From contig OY760505.1 in NCBI GenBank assembly GCA_963663545.1, positions 3,136,001 through 3,200,000 of the forward strand: a DNA stretch of 64,000 nt. The letters run 5' to 3'. Source of the DNA: Candidatus Delongbacteria bacterium. GTDB lineage: Bacteria > CAIWAD01. Positions 44,067 through 53,831 of the stretch are shown here, piece after piece (the stretch's first letter is position 1; each line of letters starts with the position of its first letter). The notes below the pieces were generated by a model, which worked only from the letters and a program-made list of their open reading frames with translations, did not search any database and was not told the origin of the DNA. The translations under genes were made by a program, and so were the position numbers.

Positions 44067-46511
44067 ATGTGCGTGAGACATGTAGGTGCAACGCGGTGGC
44101 TATTGCCATGGATCCTCCTCGCGGCTTTGCTGAGCCACAGCCACTCGTGCCCAGAGTGGATCTGTGCTTTGCTTGTTCCGTTGTGGTTGATGTGCTGGCC
44201 ACGTGTAACACGTCGTGCCTGGCAAATCGCACAGGTAGCGTCATGTGGAATACTGCTTTGTGTCACGCTGTGGTGGATTCACGGAAGCGGTCGACTGTAT
44301 CACGAATACCTCACTTCAGCAGAAATGGGCAAACAGCAGATCCGTGAGGGGTCAGAGGAAGCGTGTGATCGTGCTCCCCTCTTCCTGGTGTTACATGATA
44401 GCGAGCATCGGCGCGAGCTTGTGGCGTGCCATTTTCGCGCCTGGGAGTGGAATGGTCGTCGGTGGGTCAGCCCGCAGGGTTTGCTGCGACTGTGGTTGGA
44501 TCCCTGGGAAGTATCGGAGGATCGTGTGCCGCGTTATGGTCGTTTGTACGCATGGTCATCACCTGATCATGAATGGATGCGGCCCCCGGGGAGGCGTAAT
44601 CCAGGTGGTGTGGACTACGCTACACTCCTTGCTGCACACGGTATTGCCGGAACACTGCCAGGTGAAGCTTTGCACGAGTTTGTGGATTGTGGCCGCGTGG
44701 CCGATCAACGTGGCTGGCTGAGGTGGAAGCTTTCTGATTTGCGACAGCATCTTGCACAGCGACTGTATCACAGAGTTGGTGACACAGAAACCGCCGGGAT
44801 GCTGTGTGCCATGCTACTGGGCATGCGTGGCGGGCTTCGTGCTTCTGCACAGGATGCCCTGCGCGAGAGTGGCCTGGCACACCTTCTGGCGGTATCCGGA
44901 CTACATGTCGGCATGCTTGCACTGCTTGTGGTTGCTGCAATCAGCCTGCTGCCTATTTCACTGCAGGCGCGACGCTGGACGTGTCTGCTTCTGCTGGCGT
45001 GCTACGTCCCCTTGGCAGGGGCGCAGAGCTCGGTTCAACGCGCGGTGTGCATGGCTGTGCTTTTAAACGCGGGGGCAGCCATGGGCAGACCACAAACCGC
45101 GATGCAGTCGTTGTGGATAACAGCGTCGCTGGCACTAGCCCTTGAGCCGGAATGCTTGTTTGATGTCGGCTTTCAACTATCGTGGCTCGCTGTGTACTCG
45201 CTACTACGCTGGGCCGGGTCATGGCAAGAGTTTCTGCAGACGCGATTGCCGCTGGCTTGGCAGTCGCGCACCCGCTGGATTACTGGATCCTTGTCTGCCA
45301 GCATGAGTGTCAGTGCAGGGACAGCTCCCCTGGTGCTGGCAACCTTCGGACGACTTCCGCTGGCGGGAATGTGGCTGAATCTAGTAGCCATTCCAATCGC
45401 GGGTGTTCTATTGATGTGTGCCCTTCTTTTGCTCCTACTTCCGCTCCCCGGCGAACCGTTGGCAGCAGTGGCGGAGATGCTGTATCACGCTCTTGTTGCC
45501 TTGGCAGACGCTGGGCCGCAGCCGGTGCTGGTTTGGTCGCCAAATGCCTGGCAAGTCGGGATACTGGCACTGGTGCTTCTTGTACCTGGACGACCTTACT
45601 GGTGCACGCGCGTAAGTTTGTCGGCTGTGCTGCTTCTGCTGTGTACCGATTTGCTGCCACGACTGTTTGAATCGACGGGACTCGAGTGTCTCATGCTGGA
45701 TGTAGGCCAGGGAGACGCCATCCTGCTTCGTGATCCTTCGCAAGGCTGGTGGCTGGTTGACTGCGGTTGGGCAGCAGCGCCCGGTATATCCAATGGACGA
45801 AATGCAGCGCGCGATGTGATCGTGCCTGTGCTACAATCGCTGGGTGTTCATCATCTTCGCGGGGTAGTACTCACTCACCCTGATCAGGATCACATTGGCG
45901 GTGCGGACTATCTGCTGAAGCATGTGCAAGTGGATACCTTGTATCACAGTGGACGTTGGCGCAATGGTGTCACACAACGGCTGTTGAGATCACAGATCGC
46001 GCTACATGGACCACCGCAGCGACGCTTACAGGCGGGTGATTATCTATGGCAGAGGGGAGACAGCCAAGCCGCGGTATTGTGGCCCGCCGGACCTGACTGG
46101 CCAGAAGATCCCAACGAGGCCAGCATTGTGATACACGCTAGTTGTGGAGCACGTTCTGTTTTGCTGACTGGAGATGTCGGCCATCCTGCGGAGGCTGCGC
46201 TCTCAACTTGGGGACACTGGCTTGAGGCAGATGTGCTGAAGCTGGGACATCATGGTAGTGCCCATAGCAGTAGTCCGAGCTTTCTGCGACAAGTGTCTGC
46301 ACAATGGGGACTGATTTCCTGCGGCAGAGGAAATCGTTACGGCCATCCCGCAGACCGTGTGATTGCGTCTTGTGATACACTGGGAATGCAGCTCTGGCGT
46401 AGTGATCAACAGGGTGCGTGCTGGCTGCGCAATGCTGCAGATGGTTGGTACACAGTGAATTGGCATCATCAGTCGCCCTGGACGCGCCCCGAAGTGAAAA
46501 GAGAATTCTGA
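44067..46511 (+). CDS. comEC: DNA uptake channel ComEC/Rec2 with metallo-beta-lactamase domain
   Basis: 'RNPGGVDY', 'GLAHLLAVSGLHVG', 'SVQRA', 'GFQLS', 'LDVGQGDA', 'THPDQDHIGG', 'HHGS', 'NRYGHP'. Confidence 0.95.
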   Translation: MCVRHVGATRWLLPWILLAALLSHSHSCPEWICALLVPLWLMCWPRVTRRAWQIAQVASCGILLCVTLWWIHGSGRLYHEYLTSAEMGKQQIREGSEEACDRAPLFLVLHDSEHRRELVACHFRAWEWNGRRWVSPQGLLRLWLDPWEVSEDRVPRYGRLYAWSSPDHEWMRPPGRRNPGGVDYATLLAAHGIAGTLPGEALHEFVDCGRVADQRGWLRWKLSDLRQHLAQRLYHRVGDTETAGMLCAMLLGMRGGLRASAQDALRESGLAHLLAVSGLHVGMLALLVVAAISLLPISLQARRWTCLLLLACYVPLAGAQSSVQRAVCMAVLLNAGAAMGRPQTAMQSLWITASLALALEPECLFDVGFQLSWLAVYSLLRWAGSWQEFLQTRLPLAWQSRTRWITGSLSASMSVSAGTAPLVLATFGRLPLAGMWLNLVAIPIAGVLLMCALLLLLLPLPGEPLAAVAEMLYHALVALADAGPQPVLVWSPNAWQVGILALVLLVPGRPYWCTRVSLSAVLLLLCTDLLPRLFESTGLECLMLDVGQGDAILLRDPSQGWWLVDCGWAAAPGISNGRNAARDVIVPVLQSLGVHHLRGVVLTHPDQDHIGGADYLLKHVQVDTLYHSGRWRNGVTQRLLRSQIALHGPPQRRLQAGDYLWQRGDSQAAVLWPAGPDWPEDPNEASIVIHASCGARSVLLTGDVGHPAEAALSTWGHWLEADVLKLGHHGSAHSSSPSFLRQVSAQWGLISCGRGNRYGHPADRVIASCDTLGMQLWRSDQQGACWLRNAADGWYTVNWHHQSPWTRPEVKREF

Positions 46512-46548
46512 ATTGGCCGCCGGCTCCAACCCAAGCCAAGGAGGAACC

Positions 46549-48513
46549 ATGAGACGAAGAAGAGACACGCTTGCGCTGGCATGCGTGAGACGGAAAGGAT
46601 TGCTGATGCTCGCTTTCGGAGTACTGCTTTGCGCTACTGCGCATGCTGAATGCTGGAGCGCCGAGAGTTGGCAACGAGCTGCACTACACGAAGGTGAGCC
46701 ATTGACAATGGGTGAACACAGCGTCTACTGGAGCGCTAACGATGGCTATTTACACTCGCGCGAGCCTCTACTTGAACTGCTTCCTGCGGATGAGGGCGTC
46801 TGGGTGCTGCAGACAGATGGGAGCTGGCGCTTTGGTGACAGTACAGGCTGGTTACAGAGCTGGGACACTGGACACAGGATTGCTGCTAATGAAGTGGCCA
46901 TTGTCACGGAACCAGGTCTTCACAACTGTCGGACAGCGCCATTGATCTGGCAGATCGTGGGTGAGGAACTTTGGCAGATCCAGCTCTCAACACATCCTTG
47001 CGTGATCCAGAGTCAGCGTTTGCCGGTAACCGCTTTGGGCCCAAAGAAGCTCTTTCTGCATGACAACGAACTGTGGGTGTCCATTAGAACGAAGCTTTAC
47101 AAGAGGGAGGGGGTACACTGGAGCTTGCGGGATCGCTTGCCTACCGCCGATTGCGAGTGGTGTATCACGGATGCGGGTTTGGTGATCCACTGTAACGGCG
47201 AGTTGTCGGGTGCCGGTGCAGCAGACTTGCCGCGTAGTGTGCGGAAATGGTGTCAGCCCTGTGGAGAAGTTTGGTTTCAGAGAAGTGCTGGTGAGTGGTA
47301 TCAGCTTTGTGCTAGCGGGAGCGTGCGTAGAATTGTGTTACCTGCGTGGCGTGATACACACGAAGAAGAGTGGACACCCCTGGGAGTGGGCCTCTGGCTG
47401 AACCAGGATCAATTGCAGCAGAGCTTATGGGCTGAAAGTAATGGTAGCTGGACACCCGTGCTTGATCCTCATCGAGATTTCCTGCTGCGAGATCGTTTGC
47501 TGCGCTACACGTCGCGTTGGCTGCTAAGCACAGAGGGCGATCTGCTGTGTGATACAGGCGATGGTTATCAATTCCTCGAACACATTCCTGGCGCTACGTC
47601 GTTGCACAGTTCAGGCCCGGGTGCTCTAGTGCTCGGGGAGCAGGGACTTTGTCTTTTCAGTGATGATGGGCTGCAGTTGGGAACCGCTCCTCGTGCCGGT
47701 ATGCAGGCAGCGTGTTCGCTTGAAGATCATTTGCTGAGCTGTGATACGGATTCGCTCTATTGCTGGTGGACGCAGGAAGACGTGCCCCAGCTGCAGGCTT
47801 CAATTGCTTTGCAGGATCTCTGGGCGCTGCGTGCAGGCGGTGATTATCTGGTGGCAGCCTCCGGCACAGGCCTGATGCTCATCAATATTGCTCCTCCCTG
47901 GGAGGCTGAATTGCTAGATACAATGCCCATGCCTCCAGATTGCGCTGACTGGATTGTCATCGACGATCACCTGATTCTAGCCGAGACCAGCACGATAAGC
48001 TTGTGGTCCTTGGCCGGTGGCCGCTTCAGCGAGGTGCCTCCCGGGTATCCGAGAGTGCCAGCGGCAAGCGTTTGCCGCCGAGGTGCCGATCGATTGCTCG
48101 CGCTTTCTACCGAGGGTGTGCTTCATCAGTTACTGCTGTTTGCCAGTGAGCCTGTCAGCGTGGACTGGAGCCTTGCACTGGAGACGTCTGGGCGGATTTC
48201 CGTGCGTGGCGACAGTCTGCGTGTGCTGAATGAAGGGGGCGTACTGGATCTTCCGCTTCCGCCCTTGGTGCAAAGGCATCGTGGAGGAGAACCTGAATTC
48301 CAAGCGTGCTACGGCTTGCGTCGTGGACAGAGTCTGCTTTGGCGCAGCGCTGATAGCCCATCGCTCGAGGTCTACGACCTGCTTGGACGACGTCTGGATG
48401 TGATACAGGCGTACCAAGGCCAACGGTTGCCCTTACCGTCTAGTATGGCAGCAGGGCATTATCTGCTACGGTCTCAACGTGGTGAAGTACAGCGCTTGTT
48501 GATCATGCCTTGA
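46549..48513 (+). CDS. Hypothetical secreted Trp-rich, probably beta-rich protein with degenerate T9SS-like tail
   Basis: AGGAGG RBS; signal ending 'AHA'; C-terminal 'LEVYDLLGRRL..MAAGHYLLR'. Confidence 0.6.
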   Translation: MRRRRDTLALACVRRKGLLMLAFGVLLCATAHAECWSAESWQRAALHEGEPLTMGEHSVYWSANDGYLHSREPLLELLPADEGVWVLQTDGSWRFGDSTGWLQSWDTGHRIAANEVAIVTEPGLHNCRTAPLIWQIVGEELWQIQLSTHPCVIQSQRLPVTALGPKKLFLHDNELWVSIRTKLYKREGVHWSLRDRLPTADCEWCITDAGLVIHCNGELSGAGAADLPRSVRKWCQPCGEVWFQRSAGEWYQLCASGSVRRIVLPAWRDTHEEEWTPLGVGLWLNQDQLQQSLWAESNGSWTPVLDPHRDFLLRDRLLRYTSRWLLSTEGDLLCDTGDGYQFLEHIPGATSLHSSGPGALVLGEQGLCLFSDDGLQLGTAPRAGMQAACSLEDHLLSCDTDSLYCWWTQEDVPQLQASIALQDLWALRAGGDYLVAASGTGLMLINIAPPWEAELLDTMPMPPDCADWIVIDDHLILAETSTISLWSLAGGRFSEVPPGYPRVPAASVCRRGADRLLALSTEGVLHQLLLFASEPVSVDWSLALETSGRISVRGDSLRVLNEGGVLDLPLPPLVQRHRGGEPEFQACYGLRRGQSLLWRSADSPSLEVYDLLGRRLDVIQAYQGQRLPLPSSMAAGHYLLRSQRGEVQRLLIMP

Positions 48514-48601
48514 ACCAGAGGTTTGGTTTATATCAGCCATAGTGGTGCAATTGCCTCTGTGGTGATTTTCGTAAACGGATAATTATCAACATGTAATACT
48601 C

Positions 48602-48616
48602 TGGCCCGAGTCTTGC
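48602..48616 (+). promoter_or_regulatory. Sigma-54 (-24/-12) promoter
   Basis: TGGCCCGAGTCTTGC = GG-N10-GC, preceded by an AT-rich tract. Confidence 0.6.
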
Positions 48617-48628
48617 CCATAGCTACGT

Positions 48629-48801
48629 GTCGGTCTGGGGAGGCCGACTGGCTTTGCTTCCTGTAGCGGCGGGAGGCTGCCTACTAAAGGTCATAGCCCA
48701 ACCAAGGCTGACCGTGACATCATGCGTCTTCGGTATACCGAAGCATTGTGTGGGTGAGAGTAGAAAGGCGCAGGGCCCCTCCTGCGCCTTTCCTGCTTTT
48801 T
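48629..48801 (+). ncRNA. Candidate structured sRNA or attenuator leader, family not recognised
   Basis: Four consecutive hairpins starting at the predicted sigma-54 +1, then a 12-bp GC-rich terminator with a T run. Confidence 0.45.
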
Positions 48802-48864
48802 CCTTGCGAAGGAGAGAATGCAAGCCCATCTTGAGGACGCCGGATCACAGACGGCAAAGGGGAG

Positions 48865-50361
48865 ATGGACGTGACACAGAAGACGGTTCCTGTAAACTCG
48901 ACCAAGGTGCCTGGCCTGCGCCTCGTGTGGCTGTTGTTGTTCTTGTTCCTTGGGCCCAGGCAGTTCGCTTATGCACAGCACTATACTTTGCTGGGAGCCC
49001 CTGGCGGGGCGCCACGCTGCTATGCCATGGCGGGTGACACGGTTTTTCTTCTGCACAACGATCAAATTGATGGAACTCCATATTGGCAAACAAAGGTGAT
49101 GGGCTATCGGATGACAGATCACGGTCCGATAGGGTTCTTTGATCCCGTAGTGGGCAGCGGTGCCTGCCTAGAGGCAAGTGTCCGCCGAGTGGGTGAGAGG
49201 CTGGTCTTCTATGCGCTTATGAACGATCCTTTGAGGCACCTGGTTTTTGCGATGGATCTGGACGGGCGCATACTCTGGCAGAATGTCATGGCAGAGTGTC
49301 CCGATTACCCGGTAAACCCTCATAGTGTTCTTGATCGCCATTTCGCTGCAAACGAGCACGAAGTCGTCGCACTGTATTTGGATTTCATTCCGGACCGCTA
49401 TTTCCTGGTCGGCAACGTCTACGGTTGGGATGGCAGCTTGAGACGCAGAATAATGGTGGGATCCTATCTGAAGATAGCAGGAATGCTGCTCTGTCCGTGG
49501 GGGGATCGATTCGTGGCCTTCGGCGAGGACTCTCTGGCGATCATTGATTCCGGCGATGTCAGTCTTTTACCTTCGCATTTGCCGTATGGATATGCCGTGA
49601 CTCTGGATACGCAGTTCGACGAAAAGGATCTCTTCTGCCTGATTCCTGACTCAGCCAGCTCGCACATTGAACGATTGCGGCTGCGCGAGAACGATCTTGC
49701 CATTCTGCAGCGGGACACGCTGGTTACCGGCCTGACGCATCCCGCTTCTGGTCGTTATCTCACAGTGCAGGGGCGGTATTGTATTTTTACTGCTGATACC
49801 ATGGGGGCCGCCGTTGCGGTTTACCAAGACTGTGTTGGCGATGAAGTGATTCCCGTTTGTGCCAACTATGGTGATGGTGTTGCCAATCGCAATGCCGCTG
49901 CATACGTTTATCATTGTGTCAATACAAGTACGCATGAAATCTATCGTGTACAGAATGGGGCTTCGGAGCGGTTGTGTACGTACAACTACATTGCTGATGT
50001 AGCGTTCGGGCTAGTGGATTCGCAATATCTTCAGGTCATACATTATAACTACGCGACACAGCGCATTGAAGTTGAAGTTCTGCCATTAGAAGAGTATTTC
50101 CGCGAAGTGCAGCAGGAGGCCTTTGCTCCGCAACTAAGCGCTTATCCTAATCCTTTCCTTTCTAGCTGCTGTTTGAGCTTGCCCCCGGGTGTGGGTGACC
50201 GGCAGGTTCGCATCTACAATCTGCTGGGTCAGGAATTGCAATGCCTGCATCTGCCCGCCAACGGCTCAAGCTTAGATTGGACCCCGCCTACCCGTACCGC
50301 AGGCGTCTACCTGCTGAGGACGGCTGGCGGCAGTACGCGACGCCTGCTCTATCTTCCCTGA
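48865..50361 (+). CDS. Hypothetical secreted protein with T9SS type-A-like C-terminal domain
   Basis: Hydrophobic signal ending 'AYA'; tail 'AYPNPF..IYNLLGQEL..TAGVYLLR'. Confidence 0.65.
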   Translation: MDVTQKTVPVNSTKVPGLRLVWLLLFLFLGPRQFAYAQHYTLLGAPGGAPRCYAMAGDTVFLLHNDQIDGTPYWQTKVMGYRMTDHGPIGFFDPVVGSGACLEASVRRVGERLVFYALMNDPLRHLVFAMDLDGRILWQNVMAECPDYPVNPHSVLDRHFAANEHEVVALYLDFIPDRYFLVGNVYGWDGSLRRRIMVGSYLKIAGMLLCPWGDRFVAFGEDSLAIIDSGDVSLLPSHLPYGYAVTLDTQFDEKDLFCLIPDSASSHIERLRLRENDLAILQRDTLVTGLTHPASGRYLTVQGRYCIFTADTMGAAVAVYQDCVGDEVIPVCANYGDGVANRNAAAYVYHCVNTSTHEIYRVQNGASERLCTYNYIADVAFGLVDSQYLQVIHYNYATQRIEVEVLPLEEYFREVQQEAFAPQLSAYPNPFLSSCCLSLPPGVGDRQVRIYNLLGQELQCLHLPANGSSLDWTPPTRTAGVYLLRTAGGSTRRLLYLP

Positions 50362-50480
50362 TTGGTGCTCGTTCTGGCACCGTGTGACTTTCCTGGCGAA
50401 GTGGCGCCAGATACGGCGCGCTTTACTTGCCCATGGCACGAGTTTAAGTGCAAATCCACCAAAATCCAGTATAATTCCAA

Positions 50481-50496
50481 TGGCCCGTTTCTTGCA
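50481..50496 (+). promoter_or_regulatory. Sigma-54 (-24/-12) promoter
   Basis: TGGCCCGTTTCTTGCA = GG-N10-GC, 38 nt before the ATG at 50535. Confidence 0.65.
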
Positions 50497-50534
50497 CTTT
50501 TCCGTGCGACGTGAATCAACGCATCGGGAGAGAG

Positions 50535-53500
50535 ATGAAAACACCAGCGCTATTCGCCGCACTTCTTTGGGCCGTCATGGTCCAGGCGGCTCAACATGGG
50601 CTAAGCTTTACTGACACTTTGCTTGTCCGCGATAAAACCCTGGGCGAAGTAGAGGTAGTGATGCGGGCTCGTCACAGCGAAGACCTGTGCTTCTGGGAGT
50701 TGGAGCGAGGCTATCCCGTCGTCTACTCCCAACTCGACAGTAGTCTCTACTATGCCGTGCCCGGCGAGCGACAGGGCTTGTGGGGGGCTTTGGTCAAGAG
50801 CGCAACACCGCTGTGGGCAGATCCCCCCGCCGGTTGCGAGCCTTGGCTGGAGAGCGGCGGCGCATGGTGGGAGGCACTGCAGGAACGCCAACAGCGGGAG
50901 TTACGAGATCCGATTACCGGAAATGCCAGGCTATGTTTCGTCAGCATTAGCGCTAGTGAGATTTTCAGTTGGATAGGCTATCACAGCCACCCCGCCCGAC
51001 GGCTTTTCGCGCTCCAGCAAGACGAATTTCTCGAAGACAGCATTAGCGCAAATCGGATCAGCCAGGATGTTAGGCTCTCTTATCCCAGCGCGAAGTCCAT
51101 TTTTGAGGCCTCAGCCAATTCCGGGGGTAACGGCGGTGTGCGGCTTCTCATGGATGATCAGCGTTGGGGGCAGTATACGCCAGAGCACCCGGGCTGGGTC
51201 AGTGAGGGCTGGAGCGCCGATACCTTGCCCATTCCGGTTCAATTGCCATTTGAGCTTTTTTCGGACCTGCAGGATGCTTCAGCCGCCGCCGTGTACGACA
51301 GTACTATGGTGCGTCTGCATGCCATGGGCGTTGACACCAGCCAACGCGATCTGAACTACTTCGTACTGGTCTGGGCGCATCCGCAGAGTTTGCTTTCGGG
51401 CTCTGTGCGCCTGCCGGTCGCTTTTGCTGGCCGTGGCATGATGATCCCATTGGATTACAACTGCAGCTTTCTTCCAACGGGTTATCTGACGCGTATGGTG
51501 CTTGGTGCTCTTGGCCTTCCCGAGCAGCCTGAAGCTTGCAGCAACCTGCCTCGTGCCAACATCCTCTGCAGGGGCTTTCTTGGAGGAGAGCAGCAGAACG
51601 GTTGGCGTCCCGCCTGGTTGGATCCGCGTACTGAGGCTCAGTTGGGCTGGCTACCCGTGAGTGTTCTTGAGCGAGGCGACGATGTCCTTTCCTGGGACAA
51701 CCAACGTCGTGTGTATGCGATGCAAATGCCCAATATGCATTGCATGTATGTAGAGGTGTTCAACTGGCGTCAACCCCATACTTGCGGTGTTCCGGATGGC
51801 ACATGTCTGCGTGCTAGCGAGCTTTACTATAGCCATTCAACGGCCAGCCTGCATCAGATCGTAGAGCTGACACCAGCTATAGAAAACGGTGGTCCGCAGT
51901 GGGGCTCCTGGCCTGGGCCTGAAGCGGATTCGCTAGTCGTGGGATTCCAGTTCACTGGCTTTGACTATGACGAGCTGCGAAGTTGGGAGATGGAACCCGC
52001 ATGTGCATCAAGCGCAGACAGCGTCGGTGCACACATTCGAATTGAGATGGACCCTGTTCCTGTGGAACTGCATTTGGTCAGTCTCGAGAAGAACGGAATG
52101 CTGTACGTTGATCTGGACTCGCTTGCCTGGGCACAATACCAGGGCTCCACATTGGAGATCCAAGTTGATGAAAACTCGTTCAGTATGCCTTTGTCTCCTC
52201 TGTTTCCGCAGCATGGCGTCGCCCTTGACCTGGGTACCAGCTTCGAGCTGTACAGTCGGCATGAGGTAGAAGTTCGCGCTCAAGTACTGGGTCAGGAATA
52301 CACACTATTTCTGAATGATGCGCTGGAGGTGACGCCCAGTAGACGTCGGCTCCTGCCTCGTCAAGTCAAGGGTGCTTTTGCGACTATGGACAATCGTCTC
52401 TTTGGTCAGGATGATTCTACGAGCTTCTACTATATCAATCAGCACTGTGTGTACACAAGACAGCATGGGTACCAGAATCACACAATACAATTGGCCGCCA
52501 TACTACCTGATCACCCTGACTGCTTCTTCGAGTGGTACAGAGTGCCATTATCTGGTGATACCTACCTCGGTCTCTACAATCTGAATTTCCCGTCAACTCC
52601 TTATTATACTTACACATGGCTTGATGTTTTCCCACCGGCAATGGCCATGGGAGAGGAGTGCCTGTTTACTCTCGGTGGGGAACTCATGCGCGCAGGCTGG
52701 GAGAGTGCCGAGTTTCATGTGGATAGCCTGCATGCCGTAGGAAGCTTGTTTTGCGTCAGCATGGTAAACGGAGTCCCGCGCATTTGCACTTCATTCCACG
52801 GCGTAGCGCGCATAATCAACCTTGCGGGGCAGGTGATTTTTGAAGAGACATTGACGGGCTATTCTGACCTGGGGCAGCCCTTTGCCATGGACTCCAATGG
52901 TGACGGATTACACGAGTTCTACATTCTGAGTAGCAGTGGCGTCTTCAAGTTGGAAGCTGAGCAAGTAGACCAATTTGTGGCGAGTTTCATCCCCACCGAG
53001 AGTGCGCCCAGGATCATCGTTCCCTTGCACCAACAGGAACGGGCGTTGCCTTTACTCCTGTGTGACGATGCCCTCTATTTTGATACCACATGCTATGGCA
53101 CAGAAGATTTGCCTGACAAACTGCTGGCGATACAATCCCTGGCCTCTGCCGAAGACCTTGACGACGACATCCTGCTGGGTGTTTTCGAACGTGGACTGTA
53201 CAGGCTCAGCTTTGGAGAAGACATGCAGATTCATCTTGGGCAGTGTCTGGCTCGTGTGCACTGTTCAGGAGAACCGCCCGTACTGACGCGCTGGAATGGG
53301 CAGGAGTTGGTGCTGTTGCAGCGAGCCGACGGCATCTGGTTGGAGTACTCCCTGGAGAACGGGACGAGCTGGTCCTGGACTGGGCGTCGTGGCGGTCCGG
53401 GCCAGCAGCGCTGTGATGCGCAGCGCGGCGTTGCACCACCCGATTCGATTAGCCTTGTCCACACAACCATTAGTTACTCGAACCGACAGGTCACGCTTCA

Positions 53501-53720
53501 CTTCGAGGTGGACAGTGCGCATCACACCATCAATGGCTTCAAGATTTTCAGAAGTACCGATCCATATCACTTCCCGCCTGAGCCGATAGCAACGGTGGGC
53601 CCTTGCGTAGATTCCTGGACGGACCCCGAGAGTCCTTTGGGTGCCTATTACCGTACTCAAGTCCGGTATGACGAACCTTATGGATACATCTGTCCCGATC
53701 GAGCTGGCATGAAACCCTGA
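50535..53720 (+). CDS. Large secreted protein, degenerate M6 (immune inhibitor A-like) metalloprotease homologue
   Basis: Signal peptide; 'GALGLPE..NILCRGFLGG..RPAWLDPRTEAQLGWL' follows the M6 pattern without HExxH; C-terminal 'FKIFRSTDPY..WTD..YYR'. Confidence 0.55.
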   Translation: MKTPALFAALLWAVMVQAAQHGLSFTDTLLVRDKTLGEVEVVMRARHSEDLCFWELERGYPVVYSQLDSSLYYAVPGERQGLWGALVKSATPLWADPPAGCEPWLESGGAWWEALQERQQRELRDPITGNARLCFVSISASEIFSWIGYHSHPARRLFALQQDEFLEDSISANRISQDVRLSYPSAKSIFEASANSGGNGGVRLLMDDQRWGQYTPEHPGWVSEGWSADTLPIPVQLPFELFSDLQDASAAAVYDSTMVRLHAMGVDTSQRDLNYFVLVWAHPQSLLSGSVRLPVAFAGRGMMIPLDYNCSFLPTGYLTRMVLGALGLPEQPEACSNLPRANILCRGFLGGEQQNGWRPAWLDPRTEAQLGWLPVSVLERGDDVLSWDNQRRVYAMQMPNMHCMYVEVFNWRQPHTCGVPDGTCLRASELYYSHSTASLHQIVELTPAIENGGPQWGSWPGPEADSLVVGFQFTGFDYDELRSWEMEPACASSADSVGAHIRIEMDPVPVELHLVSLEKNGMLYVDLDSLAWAQYQGSTLEIQVDENSFSMPLSPLFPQHGVALDLGTSFELYSRHEVEVRAQVLGQEYTLFLNDALEVTPSRRRLLPRQVKGAFATMDNRLFGQDDSTSFYYINQHCVYTRQHGYQNHTIQLAAILPDHPDCFFEWYRVPLSGDTYLGLYNLNFPSTPYYTYTWLDVFPPAMAMGEECLFTLGGELMRAGWESAEFHVDSLHAVGSLFCVSMVNGVPRICTSFHGVARIINLAGQVIFEETLTGYSDLGQPFAMDSNGDGLHEFYILSSSGVFKLEAEQVDQFVASFIPTESAPRIIVPLHQQERALPLLLCDDALYFDTTCYGTEDLPDKLLAIQSLASAEDLDDDILLGVFERGLYRLSFGEDMQIHLGQCLARVHCSGEPPVLTRWNGQELVLLQRADGIWLEYSLENGTSWSWTGRRGGPGQQRCDAQRGVAPPDSISLVHTTISYSNRQVTLHFEVDSAHHTINGFKIFRSTDPYHFPPEPIATVGPCVDSWTDPESPLGAYYRTQVRYDEPYGYICPDRAGMKP

Positions 53721-53831
53721 GGAAGCGACCGAGTGCACGGGTCGCACAGGGCGATGCCGTAGAAAGCGGAGGTAACATGAGTTTCCGCCGCGAGTTATCG
53801 GGCTGATTCCAGCACGATGGATCGGATGTCT

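Noticed and set aside
48627..49037. 136-aa ORF across the structured region
   Set aside because: No RBS, crosses a strong terminator and overlaps the next gene out of frame.
53744..53830. Loose likeness to a c-di-GMP-I riboswitch or hammerhead ribozyme
   Set aside because: Core nucleotides (GCAAA spacing, CUGANGA) are missing and no co-oriented gene lies downstream.
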